This document shows positions 49,564 to 57,158 of a stretch of DNA of 64,000 nucleotides, piece after piece. Below the pieces are notes generated by a model. The model saw only the letters and a program-made list of their open reading frames with translations. It searched no databases and was not told where the DNA came from. A program made the position numbers and the translations under genes. Location: IMG/VR virus record IMGVR_UViG_3300021124_000001. One strand, 5' to 3'. Every line of letters starts with the position of its first letter. The stretch's first letter is position 1. Source of the stretch: a virus (lineage: Duplodnaviria; Caudoviricetes).

Positions 49564-50142
49564 ATGTTTGTCTTTGATGTTGAAACACTTGGTAAGGAAT
49601 CTAGTGCAGTGATATTATCCATGGCGGCCGTATACTTTGACCCGAGGGAAAAACCATCACCAAAAGATATGCGAGACACCGCATTTTTTGCCAAATTCAA
49701 TGTCAATGACCAAATTGCAAGGCTTGGTCGCACCATGACCAGGTCATCCATATCATGGTGGGGTAAACAATGTGACATTGTAAAAAACAAATCATTTAAA
49801 CCAAGCGCCGATGATATTATCATTGATGATGGTGTAGAAGCCATGAGACAATGGTCAAAACAATTTCCAATGCACGACAAATGTTGGGTGTGGGCACGTG
49901 GCAACCTCGACCAATTGGTGCTTGATTCGATTGAAGAAAAACTAGGCATTGAACCTGTGTTTTTCTTTAATCGTTGGCGTGATGTGCGTACCGCATTGGA
50001 CCTATTGAATGGGTCTGTGACTGGTTATGTGGATGTGGATTATCCTGGTTTCAATCCTGCACATCATATACAAAAACATGACCCAATTGATGATTGCATT
50101 TTTGACGCCATGCAGTTACTATACGGAAAGAATGTAGAATGA
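49564..50142 (+). CDS. DEDDh 3'-5' exonuclease, DexA-like
   Basis: FDVET, WARG..D, RDVRT, H.PIDD. Confidence 0.85.
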   Translation: MFVFDVETLGKESSAVILSMAAVYFDPREKPSPKDMRDTAFFAKFNVNDQIARLGRTMTRSSISWWGKQCDIVKNKSFKPSADDIIIDDGVEAMRQWSKQFPMHDKCWVWARGNLDQLVLDSIEEKLGIEPVFFFNRWRDVRTALDLLNGSVTGYVDVDYPGFNPAHHIQKHDPIDDCIFDAMQLLYGKNVE

Positions 50143-50360
50143 ACGAACGAATTGAACAAATTATTGAACAGGCATATTGCGATTTACATAAACAGGATCC
50201 AAATAGATTTTTTGGTGAAAGAACTATTGCTAAAAAAGTAGCCGAGTTGATTGTCCAAGATTGTGCCAATTTTGTGCGTGAAACATATGACCACGAGGCG
50301 GCAGAATCTATCGCATGGACAATGGAGATTAATTATGGTTTACACGGAGATTATGCATGA
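50139..50360 (+). CDS. MNERI/KFAELIV family member 2 (divergent C-terminus)
   Basis: MNERIEQ, KVAELIVQDC. Confidence 0.8.
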   Translation: MNERIEQIIEQAYCDLHKQDPNRFFGERTIAKKVAELIVQDCANFVRETYDHEAAESIAWTMEINYGLHGDYA

Positions 50361-50519
50361 AAACAATTTTTGATAAAGAGTATGATTCGGAATCATTGTG
50401 TGATTTGAGCCGAGATGTCCATGAGGCATTCAACAATGATTTTAATCCAACAGTAGCCGACATACCAAAAGACGAGTATGGCTTCCATGAAGGCCGGTTC
50501 ATTGTCACAATAAAATGGG

Positions 50520-50581
50520 TGTTGTAAATTAACAACAAGCATACCAAAAGTCCTTGACGGACCGTCCAGATGTGCTATAAT
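50520..50581 (+). promoter_or_regulatory. palindrome plus sigma70 promoter
   Basis: TGTTG-N8-CAACA 50520-50537; TTGACG at 50554 ... TATAAT. Confidence 0.85.
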
Positions 50582-50609
50582 TGCCACTTATTCGATTGAT
50601 TAGGACACT

Positions 50610-50858
50610 ATGAGAACCAAGCAAATTGTTCAAGGGCTTAAAAATAGCCAGCGTATACGTGCCATTGTGAATGGTGTTGGATTTTATACAACCGTACAAG
50701 ATGCCCTGGCTGGTCCATTTACTACGCAAACCTCGGCAGTTAATGTTGTATTGCATGAGATTGGTTCAAATAAATTAACTGGTTTTGGTCGAACCGTTAA
50801 AGTTTATAATAGCTATATGGAAGCTGTTAATTTCAACATTCAAATTGATTTGGTTTAA
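50610..50858 (+). CDS. hypothetical protein
   Basis: AGGA RBS after promoter. Confidence 0.75.
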   Translation: MRTKQIVQGLKNSQRIRAIVNGVGFYTTVQDALAGPFTTQTSAVNVVLHEIGSNKLTGFGRTVKVYNSYMEAVNFNIQIDLV

Positions 50859-50868
50859 GGAGATAATC

Positions 50869-51321
50869 ATGGGTTTAGATATGTACTTGTCGGCACGTAA
50901 ATATGTTTCTGATTTTGGTTTTAAACCAGAAGATACTAAACTAAATGCATCGATTAAAGAATCATTGGGTTTTGGTCCTAATGAATTTGGCCACATTTAT
51001 GTTGAATTAGAAGTGGCATATTGGCGTAAAGCAAACCAGATTCACGCATGGTTTGTGAATAATGTCCAAGATGGTGAAGACGATTGTGGAAATTATTATG
51101 TTTCCCGCGAACAAATTAGTGAATTGGTTAATCTGTGTTCGGAAGCCATTGATAATAAAGACTCCGAATTATTGGAACCAAAAAGTGGTTTCTTTTTTGG
51201 TTCGACCGATGTGGATGAATACTACTGGGACGAATTGAAACGCACCAAAATCGTCCTCAATCAAATTTTGAATGACAAACGACTGGAAGATTGTTCCTTC
51301 CAATATCATGCGTCCTGGTAA
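50869..51321 (+). CDS. phage hypothetical protein
   Basis: MGLDMYL, YWRKANQIH.WF, GFFFGST. Confidence 0.85.
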   Translation: MGLDMYLSARKYVSDFGFKPEDTKLNASIKESLGFGPNEFGHIYVELEVAYWRKANQIHAWFVNNVQDGEDDCGNYYVSREQISELVNLCSEAIDNKDSELLEPKSGFFFGSTDVDEYYWDELKRTKIVLNQILNDKRLEDCSFQYHASW

Positions 51322-51416
51322 TGTTGCATAATAATGATTATAATATAAATAGGTGTGTATCGCGTCCTGGCAGGGACCATACACTCTAGCCATCGAAACA
51401 ATAATCAAGGACTATT

Positions 51417-51827
51417 ATGACCAGCACTAATATGTATATACCCCAGTCGGAATGGGATGCAATGTCCCAAGCATTATCTACCATATTCGATGTAGATTAT
51501 GTACCAAGTAACACCGAACCTTATATTGTAACCCCATTATATTCTAATAATTCTGGACATTTCAATCTAGGCATAAAAAGAACGGCCGAACAAAAAAAAG
51601 CTCAAAGTACTAGACAAATAGGAATGAGATATTCCCATTTACGCAATGAAAAAATTGGATTTGCAAATTCTAAAAATTGGTTAATCACTGATCCTATCGG
51701 TATCACATATAGAGTTTTTAATTTAAGGCAATTTTGTCGAGAAAAAAACTTAAATCAATCTAGTATGACTATGGTAGCCAAAGGCAAATTTAAACAACAC
51801 AAGGGTTGGACCTGTCAGAAAATTTGA
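51417..51827 (+). CDS. NUMOD-type DNA-binding protein (paralog of 48064)
   Basis: NLRQFC, KGKFKQHKGWTC; TATAAATA at 51344. Confidence 0.7.
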   Translation: MTSTNMYIPQSEWDAMSQALSTIFDVDYVPSNTEPYIVTPLYSNNSGHFNLGIKRTAEQKKAQSTRQIGMRYSHLRNEKIGFANSKNWLITDPIGITYRVFNLRQFCREKNLNQSSMTMVAKGKFKQHKGWTCQKI

Positions 51828-51828
51828 T

Positions 51829-51890
51829 TGTTGTTTTTAAGCAACACCGTCCCGGATTGTCCTTGACTTAGGTGCCGGCCGTGTTACAAT
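51829..51890 (+). promoter_or_regulatory. palindrome plus sigma70 promoter
   Basis: TGTTG-N8-CAACA 51829-51846; TTGACT at 51863 ... TACAAT. Confidence 0.8.
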
Positions 51891-51922
51891 GGACTCTTAC
51901 TTTGATTGATGAAGGAATTTAA

Positions 51923-52786
51923 ATGTCTGGTATTTTTATGGTTGACGGTAAGTATGCGGCTAATATCAACGGCAAGATTGTAAAACGTGCTAATCGCCGT
52001 GCATTGGAGCGTATGTTAAAAGTAACTGATGCCGTTGTTGCACCCACTGAGTCCAAATTCTCTATTAACCAGCGTTTTGGTTTCGTCCGTGATATGGTTC
52101 AAATGCTTGCAAAAGGCGACCAAGCGTCCGTGGTTGTATCGGGACCTGGTGGTCTCGGTAAGTCACACACCGTATCAGCCGCTTTGACCGATGCCGGCTT
52201 CACTGATCTGTCCGTGCTTGACGAATTGGCTGATGGTGCCGTTGTGCCTGATAAATCTTTCCGTGTTGTTAAAGGTTATTCTACACCAAAAGGTTTATAT
52301 CGTGTTTTGTTTGAGAATCGTAATTCGGTTGTTGTATTTGATGACTGTGATTCGGTGCTCAAAGATCCAGTATCTCTTAACCTATTGAAAGCGGCTCTAG
52401 ATTCATATTCTCGCCGTATTATCTCTTGGCGTGCCGATACTCGTGATGAAGAATTGCCTAATGTGTTTGAATTTAAAGGCCGTGTTGTCTTTATCTCTAA
52501 CCTGTCGTCATCTTCATTGGATCAAGCCATTATCTCACGTTCACTAGCCGTTGACTTGTCTATGACTGCCAAACAAAAGGTTGAACGTATGCGATTCCTG
52601 CTTGACCAAAAAGACTTTATGCCTGAGTATGACAAACAACACAAGGTCGATGCAATGGACCTTATTGCTGAGTTATGCGATAATGTGAAAGAGTTGTCTT
52701 TGCGTACACTGATTCAGGTAACAAAGATTCGTAAATCTGCCGGTGCAAACTGGAAAGATTTGGCTGAATATGCTATTGTTGGTTGA
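51923..52786 (+). CDS. AAA+ ATPase
   Basis: GPGGLGKS, VVFDDCD, LKAALD, FISN, SR. Confidence 0.85.
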   Translation: MSGIFMVDGKYAANINGKIVKRANRRALERMLKVTDAVVAPTESKFSINQRFGFVRDMVQMLAKGDQASVVVSGPGGLGKSHTVSAALTDAGFTDLSVLDELADGAVVPDKSFRVVKGYSTPKGLYRVLFENRNSVVVFDDCDSVLKDPVSLNLLKAALDSYSRRIISWRADTRDEELPNVFEFKGRVVFISNLSSSSLDQAIISRSLAVDLSMTAKQKVERMRFLLDQKDFMPEYDKQHKVDAMDLIAELCDNVKELSLRTLIQVTKIRKSAGANWKDLAEYAIVG

Positions 52787-52804
52787 TTTTTTAAAGGATT
52801 TATT

Positions 52805-53011
52805 ATGTTTGAACAAACTGTAATGCAAAAAATTGGACATTTATTGAAAGAAGGCGAAACTGCTGAATTTCATAATGGTACATTGTTTCTCAATTCAGGC
52901 CGACCAACGGCCAATGATGTTTATATTGAATTGTGTAACATTTATCGTAAACGATTTATAAATTTCAATATTGTTACTGAAGGTGAATATGCGTTTGACT
53001 TTACTGCGTGA
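52805..53011 (+). CDS. hypothetical protein
   Basis: AAGGA RBS. Confidence 0.7.
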   Translation: MFEQTVMQKIGHLLKEGETAEFHNGTLFLNSGRPTANDVYIELCNIYRKRFINFNIVTEGEYAFDFTA

Positions 53012-53222
53012 GACTACAAAGTGGGCCGATGGTTCGGCCACCAACTTCATATATGCCTTTGTGGATAAACCGGGTAAACGGTTAGGTAATGCTGTTGGTT
53101 ATATCAATCACCTATCTGATGAGTATAAGGAATTTAGTAAGCCAATGGTGATTGATATGAAGGATAGGACCTTTGTAGAGGTAGGTAATATCAAATTTGA
53201 ATTGGATACACCTATTCATTGA
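52989..53222 (+). CDS. hypothetical protein
   Basis: AGGTG RBS; LRETTKW. Confidence 0.7.
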   Translation: MRLTLLRETTKWADGSATNFIYAFVDKPGKRLGNAVGYINHLSDEYKEFSKPMVIDMKDRTFVEVGNIKFELDTPIH

Positions 53223-53279
53223 AAGCGGCACACCGCTATCTTATACACCATTTTTAAAATTGTCAAGGTAACTTTTGGT

Positions 53280-53504
53280 ATGAATGAAAAAATTCAAAAA
53301 CTAATGGGTAAGGCTCTAGATAGCGAAATGCGGCGAACCTGGGATACCATGACTTACGGAGACCTATTACAGTTTAGTGAAAAGTTCGCCGAGTTGATTG
53401 TTCGGGAATGTATGTATGTAGGTCGCTTATCTCAGATTAACAACGGCCTTGTTGATTCAGATATCAAAGACCATTTTTACGGAGTTGAAGATGAACGAGA
53501 CTGA
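53280..53504 (+). CDS. family member 3
   Basis: MNEKI, EKFAELIVREC, HFYGVE. Confidence 0.85.
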   Translation: MNEKIQKLMGKALDSEMRRTWDTMTYGDLLQFSEKFAELIVRECMYVGRLSQINNGLVDSDIKDHFYGVEDERD

Positions 53505-53586
53505 AATTAAATTACTAATCGTCGGCACCATTATGCTTGGAGCAGGCATGATGTGGTTGGGCAATATCTTAGGGAGATTAGCATGA
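53491..53586 (+). CDS. 31-aa membrane peptide (cargo)
   Basis: MNETEIKLLIVGTIMLGAGMMWLG...; starts at the GGAG junction. Confidence 0.65.
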   Translation: MNETEIKLLIVGTIMLGAGMMWLGNILGRLA

Positions 53587-53828
53587 GCAAAAGAATGAGA
53601 GAACTTGCCGAACAGGCTGGATTTCAATACATTAAAGATGAAGGCATTGGCTGGGCTGGAAATTACAATGACAGTTTACCCAAGTTCGCCGAGTTGATTG
53701 TTCGGGAATGTATCGGATGTTGTGAACAAGTTATTAGTGATCCTGTTCCTAACTATATTGACACTTGGTTAAATGGTGGTTCGCAATGTATTGACGAAAT
53801 TAAACAACATTTCGGAGTTGAACGATGA
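53583..53828 (+). CDS. family member 4
   Basis: RMRELAEQAG, KFAELIVREC, HFGVER. Confidence 0.85.
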   Translation: MSKRMRELAEQAGFQYIKDEGIGWAGNYNDSLPKFAELIVRECIGCCEQVISDPVPNYIDTWLNGGSQCIDEIKQHFGVER

Positions 53829-54052
53829 AAGTCATTATTGAAAAACCGGATGGATCACCATATCTCACAGTAAGTGATGATAGACTAATGGTGTCTGTTC
53901 AAATGCACGATTGTGTGTGGATAGGTGAGCCAGTAAAGATTCACTTTGACCGCAGAACCATACCAGCACTGATTGATGCGTTAAGCAGATTGAATCGTGG
54001 CGAACTTGACACAACCATTCGCACACACCACTTTAACCAGGATATAGAATGA
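53825..54052 (+). CDS. unrelated cargo ORF
   Basis: ATGA overlaps at both ends. Confidence 0.75.
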   Translation: MKVIIEKPDGSPYLTVSDDRLMVSVQMHDCVWIGEPVKIHFDRRTIPALIDALSRLNRGELDTTIRTHHFNQDIE

Positions 54053-54285
54053 AAAAGATACCAATGTTAGAACGGTTCGCCGCACAAAGTCTTGTTGAAC
54101 ACGATGGTGAGTTGATATTCAGCAAAGAAAAGTTCGCCGAGTTGATTGTGCGTGATACATTAGACCAAGTTGCTGAATTTAGTCGTCTAACAAAGGCATA
54201 TCAAACACAAGGCATTGATCCCGAGATTGATGTTACCCGAGAAGTTTTGAAAAACTATGGGTTTACAAGATTTCCCAGGAGTTGA
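54049..54285 (+). CDS. family member 5
   Basis: EKFAELIVR; followed by GGAGTTGAAGAATGA out of frame. Confidence 0.8.
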   Translation: MKKIPMLERFAAQSLVEHDGELIFSKEKFAELIVRDTLDQVAEFSRLTKAYQTQGIDPEIDVTREVLKNYGFTRFPRS

Positions 54286-54288
54286 AGA

Positions 54289-54516
54289 ATGAACGAACGA
54301 ATTCGAGAACTTGCCGAACAGTCCAGAGAAAAGAAATATGATTACGGTGCTAGAGAAGGTGAAAGTCATTACATTTATGTATTCAATGAAGAAAAGTTCG
54401 CCGAGTTGATTGTCAAGGAATGTCAAACTCGTGTAGAACAATATATCTGTGATTGCGGCGAGATTGGTTCATTGCCTGATGCTGTGATTATGAAACATTT
54501 CGGAGTTGAAGAATGA
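54289..54516 (+). CDS. family member 6
   Basis: All three blocks. Confidence 0.88.
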   Translation: MNERIRELAEQSREKKYDYGAREGESHYIYVFNEEKFAELIVKECQTRVEQYICDCGEIGSLPDAVIMKHFGVEE

Positions 54517-54785
54517 TTGATTACTTCCAAGCACTTAAAGAAATGCACCAGGGCAATGTGGTCAAATATGTGGGCACAGTAAATGGTAATGTGATGAGCG
54601 ATAATGGTGCCAGTTTTTGTATGTGTCGTGGTTGTATCTTTCGATTCGACGATGGAGTAATCAAGTGGAACAAGTTGGGATATATGGTTTACGATCCAGA
54701 CTACCGTTATGAACTAACAGGTGAAACTGTGGATCCAAGGGCATGGAAACCAGAAGAGACAAAAAAGCAAAAGGATAAAGAATGA
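54513..54785 (+). CDS. unrelated cargo ORF
   Basis: ATGA overlaps at both ends. Confidence 0.75.
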   Translation: MIDYFQALKEMHQGNVVKYVGTVNGNVMSDNGASFCMCRGCIFRFDDGVIKWNKLGYMVYDPDYRYELTGETVDPRAWKPEETKKQKDKE

Positions 54786-55186
54786 AAGACGATGATGTAA
54801 GAAAAGAGATTAGGCGTATAATGGAAAATCGTAAACACTATTCAAACACAAATAACCCTATTGATTTTCCAAAAATACAGGCAGGCGCTGATATCCATGC
54901 AGGTGATGGTGGTTATAGTATAGGCACACAAGAAAAGTATGAGGAGTTCGCTAAGGCTCGCAATAAGTCATTAGCCAACGCAAGAATTAGAGAACTTGCT
55001 GAACAGGCTGGATCAACCCATAAACAAAATCTCGGAGTATATCAATTTTATACAGATGAATTGGAAAAGTTCGCCGAGTTGATTGTTCAGGAATGTATCG
55101 AGGTCGTGGGAGACTGTTCCGATCAATTTGCTACACGGTCGCAGATTACTGAAGAAATTAAAGAACATTTCGGAGTTGAAGAATGA
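54782..55186 (+). CDS. family member 7, fused to a ~65-aa N-terminal extension
   Basis: Internal NARIRELAEQAG, EKFAELIVQEC, HFGVEE. Confidence 0.85.
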   Translation: MKDDDVRKEIRRIMENRKHYSNTNNPIDFPKIQAGADIHAGDGGYSIGTQEKYEEFAKARNKSLANARIRELAEQAGSTHKQNLGVYQFYTDELEKFAELIVQECIEVVGDCSDQFATRSQITEEIKEHFGVEE

Positions 55187-55590
55187 AATCATATAATGCA
55201 GTAAACGATTTACACATGGCCATGGCTCACGCTATTTACGAGGGCTTTCCTGAATATGAATACGAAAGCCGTGATTTCAACAACCCGGATAGAAATGCCC
55301 GAGTGGTTAAAAAAACACGCCACACCGAATACAATCTAACAGTCAAGGCCATGTTTCCTCAAGTCTGGAGTTCAACTGCGCTGGGCTTTGGTGGCATTGG
55401 TGGACAGGCTATTACTACCGCATATACCACGGTGGTAGAAAGCGACATTGACTCAAGTTGTTGTGTGTATTTTGGTGGACAATTTGCTTACCGTATTGAA
55501 CGACCTAATACTCAATTCTTTGAGGACCTGTCCAAACAACAAATGACCAAGGTGTCGGAAGCAAAGAAAAGATATGAACGAACGAATTGA
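55183..55590 (+). CDS. unrelated cargo ORF
   Basis: FPQ.WSSTALGFGGIGGQAIT. Confidence 0.8.
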   Translation: MKSYNAVNDLHMAMAHAIYEGFPEYEYESRDFNNPDRNARVVKKTRHTEYNLTVKAMFPQVWSSTALGFGGIGGQAITTAYTTVVESDIDSSCCVYFGGQFAYRIERPNTQFFEDLSKQQMTKVSEAKKRYERTN

Positions 55591-55867
55591 AAAACTTGTC
55601 GAACAGGCTACTATTAAAACTTCTCATCGGTATATTACTTGGGGAAATACGGTTGCTACTCAGTCCGAAGAAGTCTTTGACAAGGAAAAGTTCGCCGAGT
55701 TGATTGTTCGGGAATGTGCTAAAATTTGTATTGAACAGAATGTATCCAACCTTGATTTAGATGTTATTCGTGAGTCTGGCAAATTTACTTTACAGGATCT
55801 TGCTACCAAATCGTGTGGTGAGAATTTGTCTAAACAGATTAGGAAACATTTCGGAGTTGAAGAATGA
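55574..55867 (+). CDS. family member 8
   Basis: All three blocks, longer inserts. Confidence 0.88.
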   Translation: MNERIEKLVEQATIKTSHRYITWGNTVATQSEEVFDKEKFAELIVRECAKICIEQNVSNLDLDVIRESGKFTLQDLATKSCGENLSKQIRKHFGVEE

Positions 55868-55959
55868 ACTATTTTATTGTTGGGCTGGTCATTGGACTTA
55901 TTCCAGGTATGTGTGTAGCGGCTAATTATCATTACAAAAAATGGAGAAATTCTAAATGA
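55864..55959 (+). CDS. 31-aa membrane peptide (cargo)
   Basis: MNYFIVGLVIGLIPGMCVAANY...; ATGA overlaps at both ends. Confidence 0.65.
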   Translation: MNYFIVGLVIGLIPGMCVAANYHYKKWRNSK

Positions 55960-56186
55960 ACGAACTAATCAATAACTTAAGGCTTGATGCTGGAATAGCA
56001 CAACTCAAAGATGATCCACGATTAGTGGTAATTGATCGTGAAGGCAATGTGATTGATCCATTGATTGGGTTAGAAAAGTTCGCTGAGTTGCTTGTTCGAG
56101 AATGTGCTAATATTGCCACGATAAATCAATATCAATCCTACACTCCTGGTCATTATATTTTGAATCATTTCGGAGTTGAAGAATGA
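55956..56186 (+). CDS. family member 9
   Basis: MNELI, EKFAELLVREC, HFGVEE. Confidence 0.85.
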   Translation: MNELINNLRLDAGIAQLKDDPRLVVIDREGNVIDPLIGLEKFAELLVRECANIATINQYQSYTPGHYILNHFGVEE

Positions 56187-56308
56187 ACGAAGACGAACGA
56201 GCAGGTTGGTGGGCTGTTGTATGCCTATTGATGGTTGGTGCGGCCGCCTACTTTACGATTTTTATGATCGTTTTCAGTTTGTTAAAACATTTTTTCGGAG
56301 TTGAATGA
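56183..56308 (+). CDS. 41-aa TM peptide framed by the family's first and last blocks
   Basis: MNEDER-[TM]-KHFFGVE. Confidence 0.7.
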   Translation: MNEDERAGWWAVVCLLMVGAAAYFTIFMIVFSLLKHFFGVE

Positions 56309-56454
56309 TGGACGCATTTGATTTTATATGGAATGCAGACCAAGAATCCAAAATCAATCAACTTGAAAAACGTATTGAACAGTTGGAAAAACAGAATGAA
56401 GTCCTATGTGAATGTATTTTATATTTCAAACAAAAATTAGGAGTTGAAGAATGA
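56305..56454 (+). CDS. 49-aa coiled-coil peptide ending in the junction block
   Basis: ...KQKLGVEE*. Confidence 0.7.
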   Translation: MMDAFDFIWNADQESKINQLEKRIEQLEKQNEVLCECILYFKQKLGVEE

Positions 56455-56918
56455 AACCTAAATTGTATATGTTAATTGGTGTACCCGGTTCTGGTAAGAC
56501 CACATGGATTTCCAAACAAGAATGGGCCAAAGATTGTTGTATCGTATCAACCGACAAATATGTTGAAGAATATGCCATGATGCAGGGCAAAACATATTCT
56601 GAAGTATTCCAAGAGTTTATGCCCACGGCTGTAGAGTTGATGACTGATAATGTTAGACTCGCAAGGGAAGATAACCAAGATGTTATTTGGGATCAAACCT
56701 CAACCACAGTATCAACCAGACGGAAAAAGTTTGCATTGTTGCCTGACCATTATGCCATTGCAGTAGTATTCCGTACACCGAGCCGTGATGAATTGGATGT
56801 CCGACTATCTGGACGCCCAGGCAAACACATTCCTAAAGAAGTGGTTGATTCTATGATTGCAAAGTGGGAAGAACCAACCGAAGATGAGGGCTTCAGTGAA
56901 ATTTGGTACGTCAATTAA
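56451..56918 (+). CDS. P-loop kinase (polynucleotide-kinase/AAA_33-like)
   Basis: GVPGSGKTT, STD, DQT, R...R, IP..V. Confidence 0.88.
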   Translation: MKPKLYMLIGVPGSGKTTWISKQEWAKDCCIVSTDKYVEEYAMMQGKTYSEVFQEFMPTAVELMTDNVRLAREDNQDVIWDQTSTTVSTRRKKFALLPDHYAIAVVFRTPSRDELDVRLSGRPGKHIPKEVVDSMIAKWEEPTEDEGFSEIWYVN

Positions 56919-56975
56919 GCCCTTGACAAATGCCACAAAGTGGTATACAATGGTCACACAAACTAAGGAGTTCCA

Positions 56976-57143
56976 ATGGGTAAGATGAAAGAAGTTGTTG
57001 ATAGAATCTTGGACTTGGTTCAAAATGATTATGATGATGAGGCCATTGCATTGATTGTTGGTGTGGACATCACAATTGTTGAACAAGTCAAACGCAATTC
57101 TGGTCTTTATGAAGAACCAAAAGACATAATTGAAAAATACTAA
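56976..57143 (+). CDS. small hypothetical protein
   Basis: TTGACA promoter at 56923, AAGGAG RBS, MGKMKE. Confidence 0.65.
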   Translation: MGKMKEVVDRILDLVQNDYDDEAIALIVGVDITIVEQVKRNSGLYEEPKDIIEKY

Positions 57144-57158
57144 TTTATGGAAATCGCA

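Larger units (their letters stand above)
53280..56454 (+). repeat. repeat-scaffolded array of mini-genes (cassette-like)
   Basis: AAGTTCGCCGAGTTGATTGT exact at 53382, 53682, 54130, 54394, 55067, 55688 (variant 56076); CATTTCGGAGTTGAAGAATGA exact at 54496, 55166, 55847, 56166 plus variants. Confidence 0.92.

Noticed and set aside
53280-56454. CRISPR array
   Set aside because: Repeats are of three kinds, in coding frame, non-palindromic and irregularly spaced (about 80-600 nt); no cas genes in the window.
53280-56454. Diversity-generating retroelement
   Set aside because: No reverse transcriptase in the window and no TR/VR pair differing only at adenines; variable segments differ in length.
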